In this document: positions 13,847 to 26,365 of the stretch, piece after piece
How the letters are laid out: each line of letters begins with the position of its first letter
How positions within the stretch are numbered: position 1 is the stretch's first letter
From: Eledone cirrhosa
Taxonomy: Eukaryota
Reading direction: 5' to 3'
Assembly: GCA_964016885.1 (NCBI GenBank)
Contig: OZ024741.1
Coordinates: 398,412,001-398,476,000, forward strand
DNA: 64,000 nucleotides
Made by a program: the position numbers and the translations under genes
Notes under the pieces: model-generated
Database searches by the model: none
The model's input: the letters and a program-made list of their open reading frames with translations, nothing else
Told to the model about the DNA's origin: nothing

Positions 13847-14193
13847 AGGTGTCACGACAAAAAAACACACAGTCCACGCTGTAAATGTGGCCGTGTAGGC
13901 AACACGGTAAAAACCTCCCAGCCCCACACTGTAAATGTGGTTGGTGTTAGGAAGGGCATCCAGCTGTAGAAAACCCGCCAGACAGTCCACGCTGTAATGT
14001 GGCCGTGTAGGCAACACGGTAAAAACCTCCCAGCCCCACACTGTAAATGTGGTTGGTGTTAGGAAGGGCATCCAACTGTAGAAAACCCGCCAGACAGTCC
14101 TATGCGAGCAAGACAACCACTCTTGCCTCAAGTGGGAAAACCCCCGTCCAAACCCATGCAAGCGTGGAACACGGACGCTAATCCTGATGATGA
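13847..14193 (+). mobile_element. RTE LINE 3' UTR fragment inserted in the satellite
   Basis: Near-identical to 31056-31417, with an internal duplication and a (GAT)n tail. Confidence 0.85.
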
Positions 14194-17100
14194 TACTAGT
14201 GTCTTTTATAATATATATACTAGTGTCTTTTATAATATATATACTAGTGTCATTTATATTATATATATACTAGTGTCTTTTATAATATATATATACTAGT
14301 GTCTTTTATAATATATATATACTAGTGTCTTTTATAATATATATACTAGTGTCTTTTATGATATATATATATATATATATACTCGTGTCTTTTATATATA
14401 TATACTAGTGTCTTTTATAATATATATATTAGTGTCTTTTATAATATATATACTCGTGTTTTTATACATATATATACTAGTGTCTTTTATAATATATATA
14501 CTAGTGTCTTTTATAATATATATATAGTGTCTTTTATAATATATATATACCAGTGTCTTTTATAATATATATTCTAGTGTCTTTTATATTATATATATAC
14601 TAGTGTCTTTTATAATATATATATACTAGTGTCTTTAATAATATATATATACTAGTGTCTTTTATGATATATATATATATATATATACTAGTGTCTTTTA
14701 TAATATATATATACCAGTGTCTTTTATATGATATATATACTAGGGTCTTTTATATATATATACTAGTGTCTTTTATAATATATATACTCGTGTTTTTATA
14801 CATATATATACTAGTGTCTTTTATATTATATATATATACTAGTGTCTTTTATATATATATACTTGTGTCTTTTATATTATATATATACTAGTGTCTTTTA
14901 TAATATATATATATACTAGTGTCATTTATAATATATATACTAGTGTCTTTTATAATATATATACTAGTGTCTTTTATAATATATATATATACTAGTGTCT
15001 TTTATATTATATATATACTAGTGTCTTTTATAATATATATATACTAGTGTCTTTTATAATATATATATATATACTAGTGTCTTTTATGATATATATATAT
15101 ATACTAGTGTCTTTTATAATATATATATATACTAGTGTCTTTTATAATATATATACCAGTGTCTTTTATAATATATATACCAGTGTCTTTTATAATATAT
15201 ATATACTAGTGTCTTTTATAATATATATACTAGTGTCTTTTATAATATATATATACTAGTGTCTTTTATATATAGATATACTAGTGTCTTTTATAATATA
15301 TATATTAGTGTCTTTTATAATATATATACTAGTGTCTTTTATAATATATATATACTAGTGTCTTTTATATTATATATATACTAGTGTCTTTTATAATATA
15401 TATATACTAGTGTCTTTTATAATATATATATATACTAGTGTCTTTTATATTATATATATACTAGTGTCTTTTATAATATATATATATACTAGTTTCTTTT
15501 ATAATACATATATACTAGTGTCTTTTATAATATATATATACTAGTGTCTTTTATAATATATATATATACTAGTGTCTTTTATGATATATATATATATATA
15601 CTAGTGTCTTTTATAATATATATATATACTAGTGTCTTTTATAATATATGTACCAGTGTCTTTTATAATATATATACCAGTGTCTTTTATAATATATATA
15701 TACTAGTGTCTTTTATAATATATATACTAGTGTCTTTTATAATATATATACTAGTGTCTTTTATAATATATATATACTAGTGTCTTTTATATTATATATG
15801 TACTAGTGTCTTTTATAATATATATATACTAGTGTCTTTTATATATATATACTAGTGTCTTTTATAATATATATACTCGTGTTTTTATACATATATATAT
15901 ACTAGTGTCTTTTCTAATATATATATACTAGTGTCTTTTATATTATATATATACTAGTGTCATTTATATTATATATATACTAGTGTCATTTATATTATAT
16001 ATATACTAGTGTCTTTTATAATATATATATACTAGTGTCTTTTATAATATATATACTTGTGTCTTTTATAATATATATATACTAGTGTCTTTTATATTAT
16101 ATATATACTAGTGTCATTTATATTATATATATACTAGTGTCTTTTATAATATATATATACTAGTGTCTTATAATATATATATACTAGTGTCTTTTATAAT
16201 ATATATACTAGTGTCTTTTATGATATATATATATACTAGTGTCTTTTATATATATATACTAGTGTCTTTTATAATATATATACTAGTGTCTTTTATAATA
16301 TATATACTAGTGTCTTTTATAATATATATACTAGTGTCTTTTATAATATATATACTAGTGTCTTTTATAACATATATATACTAGTGTCTTTTATAATATA
16401 TATACTAGTGTCTTTTATAATATATATATATATATATATACTAGTGTCTTTTATACATATATATATACTAGTGTCTTTTATAATATATATATATACTAGT
16501 GTCTTTTATATTATATATATACTAGTGTCTTTTATATATATATATTAGTGTCTTTTATAATATATATACTTGTGTTTTTATACATATATATTCTAGTGTC
16601 TTTTATATTATATATATATACTAGTGTCTTTTATAATATATATATACTAGTGTCTTTTATATTATATGTATACTAGTGTCTTTTATAATATATATATATA
16701 CTAGTGTCTTTTATAATATATATACCAGTGTCTTTTATAATATATATATACTAGTGTCTTTTATAATATATATACTAGTGTCTTTTATAATATATATACT
16801 AGTGTCTTTTATAATATATATATACTAGTGTCTTTTATATTATATATATACTAGTGTCTTTTATAATATATATATACTAGTGTCTTTTATATATATATAC
16901 TAGTGTCTTTTATATATATATACTAGTGTCTTTTATAATATATATACTCGTATTTTTATACATATATATATACTAGTGTCTTTTCTAATATATATATACT
17001 AGTGTCTTTTATATTATATATATACTAGTGTCATTTATATTATATATATACTAGTGTCTTTTATAATATATATATACTAGTGTCTTTTATAATATATATA

Positions 17101-19354
17101 CTAGTGTCTTTTATAATATATATACTAGTGTCTTTTATAATATATATATACTAGTGTCTTTTATATTATATATATACTAGTGTCATTTATATTATATATA
17201 TACTAGTGTCTTTTATAATATATATATACTAGTGTCTTTTATAATATATATATACTAGTGTCTTTTATAATATATACTCGCGTTTTTATACATATATATA
17301 CTCGTGTTTTTATACATATATATACTAGTGTCTTTTATAATATATATATAGTGTCTTTTATAATATATATATACTAGTGTCTTTTATAATATATATATAG
17401 TGTCTTTTATAATATATATATACCAGTGTCTTTTATAATATATATACTAGTGTCTTTTATATTATATATATACTAGTGTCTATTATAATATATATACTAG
17501 TGTCTTTTATATTATATATATACTAATGTCTTTTATAATATATATATACTAGTGTCTTTTATAATATATATATACTAGTGTCTATTATAATATATATACT
17601 AGTGTCTTTTATATTATATATATACTAATGTCTTTTATAATATATATATATACTAGTGTCTTTTATAATATATATACTAGTGTCTTTTATAATATATATA
17701 TACTAGTGTCTTTTATAATATATATACTAGTGTCTTTTATAATATATATACTAGTGTCTTTAATAATATATATACTAGTGTCTTTTATATTATATAAATA
17801 CTAGTGTCTTTTATACTATATATATACTAGTGTCTTTTATAATATATATATATATATATACTAGTGTCTTTTATAATATATATATATATACTAGTGTCTT
17901 TTATAATATTTATATACTAGTATATTTTATAATATATATATATATATACTAGTGTCTATTATACATATACTAGCGTCTATTATAATATATATATACTAGT
18001 GTCTTTTATAATATATATATATACTAGTGTCTTTTATACATATATAATTTCATCATTATTATTATATATATACTAGTGTCTTTTATACATATATATATAC
18101 TAGTGTCTTTTATAATACATATATACTAGTGTCTTTTATAATACATATATACTAGTGTCTTTTATAATACATATATACTAGTGTCTTCTATAATACATAT
18201 ATACTAGTGTCTTTTATAATACATATATACTAGTGTCTATTATAATATATATACTAGTGTCTTTTATAATATATATATACTAGTGTCTTTTATAATACAT
18301 ATATACTAATGTCTTTTATAATATATATATACTAGTGTCTTTTATAATATATATATACCAGTGTCTATTATAATATATATACTAGTGTCTTTTATATTAT
18401 ATATATACTAATGTCTTTTATAATATATATATATACTAGTGTCTTTTATAATATATATACTAGTGTCTTTTATAATATATATATACTAGTGTCTTTTATA
18501 ATATATATACTAGTGTCTTTTATAATATATATACTAGTGTCTTTAATAATATATATACTAGTGTCTTTTATATTATATAAATACTAGTGTCTTTTATACT
18601 ATATATATACTAGTGTCTTTTATAATATATATATATATATATACTAGTGTCTTTTATAATATATATATATATACTAGTGTCTTTTATAATATTTATATAC
18701 TAGTATATTTTATAATATATATATATATATACTAGTGTCTATTATACATATACTAGCGTCTATTATAATATATATATACTAGTGTCTTTTATAATATATA
18801 TATATACTAGTGTCTTTTATACATATATAATTTCATCATTATTATTATATATATACTAGTGTCTTTTATACATATATATATACTAGTGTCTTTTATAATA
18901 CATATATACTAGTGTCTTTTATAATACATATATACTAGTGTCTTTTATAATACATATATACTAGTGTCTTTTATAATACATATATACTAGTGTCTTTTAT
19001 AATACATATATACTAGTGTCTTTTATAATACATATATACTAGTGTCTATTATAATATATATACTAGTGTCTTTTATAATATATATATACTAGTGTCTTTT
19101 ATAATACATATATACTAATGTCTTTTATATTATATATATACTAGTGTCTTTTATACATATATATATATACTAGTGCCTTTTATAATATATATACATACTA
19201 GTGTCTTTTATATATATATACTAGTGTCTTTTATACATATATATATATACTAGTGTCTTTTCCTATTCTTTTTCCAAAGAAGAGCTTAAGCTCAAAACAT
19301 CAAATAACTTTCTATTTTCATGTTCAGCCAGCTAAGTACATTTGTTTACTTTGT

Positions 19355-20690
19355 CAGTGTACACTTACAGTAGTTAGAACTGCAGTGTACACTTACAGTA
19401 GTTAGAACTGCAGTGTACACTTACAGTAGTTGGAACTGCAGTGTACACTTACAGTAGTTGGCACTGTAGTGTACACTTATAGTTGGAACTGCAGTGTACA
19501 CTTACAGTATTTGGAACTCCAGTGTACACTTATAGTTGGAACTGTAGTGTACACTTATAGTTGGAACTGTGCACTTACTTTAGTTAGAACTGTAGTGTAC
19601 ACTTACAGTAGCTGGAACTGCAGTGTACACTTACAGTAGCTAGAACTGCAGTATACACTTACAGTAGCTGGAGCTGTGGTGTACACTTACAGTAGCTGGG
19701 ACTGCAGTGTACACTTACAGTAGCTGGAACTGTAGTGTACACTTACAGTAGCTGGAACTGCAGTGTACACTTGCAGTAGTTGGAACTGTAGTGTACACTT
19801 ACAGTAGTTGGACCTGCAATATACACTCACAGTAGCTGGAACTGCAGTGTACACTTATAGCTGGGACTGCAGTGTACACTTAACAGTACCTGGAACTGCA
19901 ATGTACAGTTACAGTAATTAGAACTGCAGTGTACACTTACAGTAGTTGGAACTGCAGTGTACACTTACAGTAGCTGTAACTGCAATATACACTTACAGTA
20001 GCTGGAACTGCAGTGTACACTTACAGTATTTGGAACTCCAGTGTACACTTATAGTTGGAACTGTAGTGTACACTTATAGTTGGAACTGTGCACTTACTTT
20101 AGTTAGAACTGTAGTGTACACTTACAGTAGCTGGAACTACAGTGACACTTATAGTTGGAACTGTAGTGTACACTTATGGTAGTTGGGACTGCAGTGTACA
20201 CTTACAGTAGTTGGAACTGTAGTGAACACTTACAGCTGGGACTGCAGTGTACACTTACAGTAGTTAGAACTGTAGTGTACACGTACAGTAGCTGGAACTG
20301 TAATGTACACTTACAGTACCTGGAACTGTAGTGTTCACTTACAGTAGCTGGAACTGTAGTGTACACTTACGGTAGTTGAAACTGCAGTGTACACTTACAG
20401 TAGCTGGAACTGTAGTGTACACTTATGGTAGCTGGAACTGTAGTGTACACTTACGGTAGCTGGAACTGTAGTGTACACTTACGGTAGTTGAAACTGCAGT
20501 GTGCACTTACAGTATTTGGAACTCCAGTGTACACTTATAGTTGGAACTGTGCACTTACTTTAGTTAGAACTGTAGTGTACACTTACAGTAGCTGGAACTG
20601 CAGTGACACTTATAGTTGGAACTGTAGTGTACACTTACGGTAGTTGGGACTGCAGTGTACACTTACAGTAGCTGGAACTGCAGTGTACAA
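19355..20690. repeat. 28-bp minisatellite CAGTGTACACTTACAGTAGYTGGAACTG
   Basis: Period 28 (19355, 19383, ...), with some 25-bp variants. Confidence 0.95.
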
Positions 20691-20796
20691 TTAGTTAGAC
20701 AGACTTTGACCCATAATGTTGTGTTCAGGTTAAAAAAACATTGAGTTACCTCAGTTCAACTTGTTTAATTGAATCTTGTTTCCTTTTAGAACTGCC

Positions 20797-21045
20797 AATA
20801 TGTGTTTGTGTATGTGGGTGTGCATGTGTATTTGTGTGTGTGTGCATGAGTGTGTCTGTTTGTGTGTGCATGTGTACATGGGTGAGTGTGTATGCATGTG
20901 TGTCTAATCATTAGTGTATGTGTGTTTGTGTGTGCATGTGTATGTGTGCATGGGTGAGTGTGCATGTATGTGTGTACATGAGTGAGTGTGTATGCTTGAG
21001 TGTGTGTGTGCGCATGTATGCTTATGCACAAACACGTGTGTGTAT
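20797..21045. repeat. (TG)n/TGCA low-complexity microsatellite
   Basis: Degenerate TG dinucleotide tract. Confidence 0.9.
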
Positions 21046-21840
21046 TTCTCCTCGTTATAGAGGAAGTTGTGAAGAGTTCCACAGGAACCAGTAAAACTCA
21101 GATAGCAGTTTCTTCCTCTTGTGCTGCATCCATTCCAAAGTTTCTTATAGACACAGTAACTAACAACTAATAACAAGACATCAAAGTGAGATGTAATAGT
21201 TTTTATTGTTTACTAAATTACTACATAATGTATCTTTGCTTTGTATGAACCTACAATGTCACACATCTCGGCACCGACATTTGCTTTATATTAACCCTCA
21301 ATATCATCAATCTTGGCACCAACGTTTGCTTTATATTAACCAAAAAAACCACCAATCTCAGCACCAACATTTTAAACAGACTGAAATATAAAACATTTTA
21401 AAATCTCTTACGGTTTTATCATGTTGTTTGGATGATTTGAAATTTGAAATCCAAACTCAGAATCATTATAAATGATAATGGCATTCGAAAATCAGATAAA
21501 ATACACTATAGGGACAGAATGCTGGTCACTTTTTTCTGCCCCTAAGAATATTTTAACTGAGTTTCTAAAGCTATTATCATTCATAGTGAATCTGTTTGGA
21601 TTTCAACATTTGAAATTTTAAAATATATTTTTGTCACCGCTTTATAAGTTAGTCTCTGTGGTTATTTACTGCTCACAGCTCAATCTGGATGCTGCACCAA
21701 CATAACTTACTTAGTTGCTGGCAAGACAGTGACTTTATTAACCTTGTTAAGCCCTACTAATGCTATCAAACACACGCTTTGACAAGACATATGAGGATAG
21801 TGTGAACAAAGTCATTGTGTGTGTGTTTAATATCCTGCAG

Positions 21841-21906
21841 GTTCATCAGGAGAAAACCAATCACATGGAAGCTCCCGAAGATCATCTGACACAAGTGATT
21901 GTCAAG
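21841..21906 (+). CDS. Candidate internal exon of an unidentified host gene (66 nt, phase 1-1)
   Basis: tcctgcAG|...CAAG|GTAAAC. Open in phase 1 as SSGENQSHGSSRRSSDTSDCQ, in non-repetitive sequence. Confidence 0.5.
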
Positions 21907-22549
21907 GTAAACAAGCAGATGTTACCTTTCTTCTTCATCGGTTCAAACAACTTCATCTTCTTATCAACTCAACTCTGGCCTCTTTTCATCTTTCACAACA
22001 CTAGGTTTCAACTAGTTTCTTTCTTCTGCTTATCAATTTTTAAAATAGTATATCTTAAATTATAGTCAGGTCAGACTTCAGTCTGCTACTGTACCATGTA
22101 ACCCAGTACAACCTACTTCAAGGTCAGGTCAGCCTGCTACTGGTACCATGTAACCCAGTACAACCTGCTTCATGGCTGAGTGGTCAGCAACTAAATTGGC
22201 TCCCCCCCCCCACTAGACTCTTGTCTGGTGAGGGGGGTTAAGTAGAACCCCAGCAGCTGTTAAAAAGGACAAATGAACTCCTGAGAGTCAACTGTTAAAT
22301 AGAATTACCAACCCACAATTAACCAAGCATGGTAAGTATGGCTACCCCTGAAGATATGACCAAAACCAACAGAAAGCAATGGAGGTCTACCAGGGAGGGG
22401 TTCCCCTAAGAGGAGTAAGAAGGCTCTGGATTGGATATCTGAAATTTTAAAAAAAGTTTAGATTTTAAAACACTTTTAGTGTTTCTCAATTTCCTTTTAA
22501 AAGTTCAAAATCATTGCTTTCACCAGCCTGGCTGAGGACATAAAGAGCA

Positions 22550-23315
22550 CCTTACTGTTGTAATAGAGTAGTGCTGGTCTCACAATGATATACACCCAGC
22601 TCTCTCTGGAAAGTGGTAGTGCTGGTGTCATAATAATATACAACCAAGTCACACTGTATAGTGGTAGTGCTGGTGTCATAATAAAAAATAACACCCAACC
22701 CACTCTGTAAGGTAGTTGTGCTGTTGCCACAATAAAATACTCTCGGCTCTCTCTGTAAAGTGCTGATGCCACAATAATATACACCTACTCCACTCTGTAA
22801 AGTGGTAGTACTGGTGCCAGAATAAAATACACCCAGCCCGCTCTGTAAAGTGGTCATGTTGGTATCACAATAAAACACGCAGCCAACTCTGTAAAATGAT
22901 AGTGCTTGGGCCTCAATAAAACACTCAGTCAGCTTTGTAGTGGTAGTGATGGTGCCACAATAAAAAAAACACCCAACCCATCCTGTAAAATGGTCATGTT
23001 GGTGCCACAATAAAATACCCAACCCACTCTGTAAATAAATAGTGCTGGTGCCACAATAAAATACACCTAGCCCACTCTGTAAAGTAGTAGTGCTGGTGTC
23101 ATGATAAAAAACAACATGGTACTATGATAACCTGCTTCCCCTATGTGCTGTAAAGTGGTTGACATTAGGAAAGACATCCAGGCCCCAAAACAGAATGTAT
23201 AAACAAGATATGACTCCTTGACCTGCCTAGCCTCACAAAGTGATGATCTCGTCTAACCCAAGGAAAATAGACATTAAATAATTATTATAGTTTATCACCA
23301 TCATCATCATCATTA
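22550..23315 (+). repeat. ~47-bp degenerate tandem array derived from the RTE/SINE 3' UTR
   Basis: Unit resembles AAAATACACCCAGCCCACTCTGTAAAGTGGTAGTGCTGGTGCCACAAT and runs into a decayed ...ttaggaaagacatccag... tail. Confidence 0.75.
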
Positions 23316-24179
23316 GATATCTGTTTTTCCTGCTAGCAAGTGTTGGACAGGCCGTCACTGACTGAGTCAGTATCGAAGTGAGGCTACTGACCTCCCAAAC
23401 AGGTCAGAGGTTTGCATCCCCCTTACATACAGCCCCGATCTCTACTGAGTGACACCAGCTCACTATATCTGGACACCTTTCCTAATGCCAACTGATTCTT
23501 TTTTATTTTATTTTTTTTAAAATTTTATATACTCCCTAACATTTGTCAAACCAATAGCTTTGGGACATATTGTTTATGTAGGTCATAAATAAATGTCAAT
23601 GCTTGCTTTTTTTAATTGGTGTCGGTATGAGGACGTTTGTGGCAATTGACACACACACATTCATAAGTACATTAGGGTGTTCCATTTCGCAAACTATTCA
23701 CCAATCATCTCATGTCGATTACGCCTGTGTTTGAATTGATGAAATATCGAAGTACGCTGGATTATAGATTATAGATCAATTGAATAATATTTAGGGGTCA
23801 CACACTTTCACATCTTTTTATTTATGATGATTCTACTGGACCTGACCTCTGGTATATTGTCTTTCTGGTCACTTTACTGAATCGAGTGAAGAAACCACAT
23901 GACAGAGAGAAATGAAATGAAAATAAGGAGGAGAAATATGTTTTGAATACACAATAATATTGGGGTTAAATAAACACTTTTTATGGATGAAACCTATTAC
24001 CAGAAACCCTTTGTCTTCTGGGAGACTTGTTAAAATGATAATAAGCAGACAAATGAAATGAACATAAGCAGAAAGAAGTTCTAAATACACAACAATTTTG
24101 GGGGTTAAAGAGAGAGAGACACATTTTCTGAATGAAATTTATAACCAGAAACAAATTTTTCTAGATCTTTCGATTTACT

Positions 24180-25230
24180 TGGTGTAAGCTTAAGTTGGTC
24201 ATTGAACAGAACTGTCTTGACCACATATATGGCCTTAGCCATCCAACAAGCCTGGTGGTAAGCTCCTGGGTTTGAGGAGAAGAACTGGGGAGTTAATCAA
24301 CCACTAAGATTAAGAACTTTATGAACTAAGCATAGTCTTCTCGGGGATGATCTCAAAAAAACAGTACAGTCGGTAGATATTCAACCATCTTTTGTTTGTA
24401 AAAAATTTCCATGTGCTCATCATTGTCCAGGATAGTTTGATAATGAGACATATTGATGGAGTCCCAACATTCCTGGAACTTTTTGAACATTAGGACACCA
24501 AGACCAGATGATGGTGAAAGAAATCTTGAAGACCTTTTTCAAAACCAGTTCAAGAACATGATGGTGGCAAACCAGACACAAATGGAATTTTTTCAGAGCT
24601 CCTTCATTGTTTGTATTGGTTCCTTGATGCATGCTGGTGTTACTGGCGGTGATGTTGAAGGACACAACATTCTATCCTCAATTTTGAGTTGTGGAATTTC
24701 CTTCAAAACAACTTTAGTGATTTGTTGTACGGTTCCATCTCCTTGCATTTGCAACACCTAAGAGCTCCTCCTTTCCTTTTCTTTTAACTAAAACTGCAAT
24801 GCAATCTTCGAGTGTGCTGGATTTGGAAGATGATGGTAATAATTCTCCATCCCAGTGGAGGACAAGCCAGGATCTGTCTTCAGGTCGGAAAGCGGATAAC
24901 TCGATTTCCTGAGCCATCTTCTGACTGTGACTGGTTGGTTCTTGCTCGATAAATAGTTGAGGAGGAAACCAAGAGTTCAGACACATCATCACCAAGACTC
25001 GTCACAATTTGTGATGTAAGAAGTACTTATCCCGCTTTCTCTTTCTTACTTTCATATCATGAATCTTCTTTCTTCTGAATGTCTCTCACATATTCTACAT
25101 CAACCCCAGCCATAAATAAAGACATCTGATCTTTTTGTTGTGTCTCAAGGAAAGTTTTGTCTTCAGATGGGGCATCCTTTTCTTCAAGAACGTCCTGGCT
25201 TCCAATGTCAAAAATTTTTCCATCTTTATA
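24180..25230 (-). pseudogene. Decayed DDE transposase, probably hAT-related (hATm/Cc8K15.2-like)
   Basis: Fragmented motifs LVLHWDGELL, KEELLGV, FNITASNT, CHHHVLELVL and PGAYHQACWMAKAIY in different frames. Confidence 0.6.
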
Positions 25231-25371
25231 TTTGGTTATCTCTCTTTCTCTCTCTCTATATATATATATAGTAATAATAATAAATTTCAAGACTAAAATC
25301 CAAAGAGGGCTCGATAAGGATAAATATATATCAAATATATAAGAACCGTAGAGCAAATATTTATTAAGATA

Positions 25372-25447
25372 ACAGATTATAGTTTAAGCAAAGAATCGCT
25401 GCTTTCACCCTTAACGGGATCTTCTGAAACTAACAAAGTCAATCTGT
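25372..25447 (-). ncRNA. Variant type I hammerhead in the 3' pseudo-LTR
   Basis: ACAGAUU..AGUUU-CAGAAGA-UCCC GUUAA GGGU-GAAA-GCA(loop)UGC-UU^AAACU..AAUCUGU. All three stems pair, but the core has U4 to A. Confidence 0.62.
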
Positions 25448-26365
25448 AAACGCAGAAGTGGATATTTCAAAAAACGTTGCAACCGGAGGAAGACAGGAAG
25501 ACGATACTTTGGTTCGTGGTAACTTTGCTGGCAAAGAACGGGAAAAAACGAATATAATACGTCATTAATAGGAGCGGTGAAAAACAATTACGCGCAAAGA
25601 CAGAACCACGTTTATGGTATAAAAGAGGTCGTAGACTAATGTTCTCTTAGGTGGTGCATAGAGACGTTCTCTGGCAATGAACGAAAAAACGAAGATAATA
25701 AGTCATATGTGGAGCGTGGAGAACAATAGCACGCAAAGACAAAACCACGTAAATGGTATAGCAGAAGTCGTAGACTAAAATTCTAACTAGGAGACCAAAT
25801 GAATCTCCGCTACAGAGTTAAGAACAAAGTAAATAAATACAATACAGAAGTAATAGAAATAAATAAATACATACACGCAAACAGATACGTACATACACAA
25901 GCATACGCAAAACAATTACCATAGGTATACAAAACCACGCACATATAAATATGTGTGTGTGTGTATGCATGTATACAAATAAATAAATAATTATATAAAC
26001 GTATATAAATAAATAAATACGTATATAACAAGCGCACACACATACCTACATGTAAATACACAAATGTTCGGAGACTTAAGTCAACCAAAACATGAAGTAC
26101 ACATATACACACACCCTACATACGAACGAACCTGCATACTCACACAGACTCCCGTATACATATAGCCAAACCATATGTACCAGAATAAAAAAAAAAAAAA
26201 TTATACGCCATAACATAAACAATCAAATATACGTACGAGAAGATATACGTACCTTCACGAAACATACGGGTAATACATACTTACCTATGCAAATAAGTAA
26301 TGGTATAAACAAAACATATACTTAGCTCCCACATCAAGACGTAAAATAACCACGTATAGATCGTA

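Larger units (their letters stand above)
2314..19260. repeat. AT-rich satellite, unit CTAGTGTCTTTTATAA(TA)n (~20-30 bp)
   Basis: Hundreds of tandem units with a variable (TA)n tract, interrupted by four insertions. Confidence 0.98.

Noticed and set aside
2829-16384. Many Ile/Tyr-rich ORFs
   Set aside because: They are translations of the AT satellite.
22080-22260. Possible HDV-like ribozyme in a repeat shared with ~44660-44730 (catgtaacccagtaca...)
   Set aside because: It may be a LINE 5' UTR, but I could not fit the double pseudoknot by eye.
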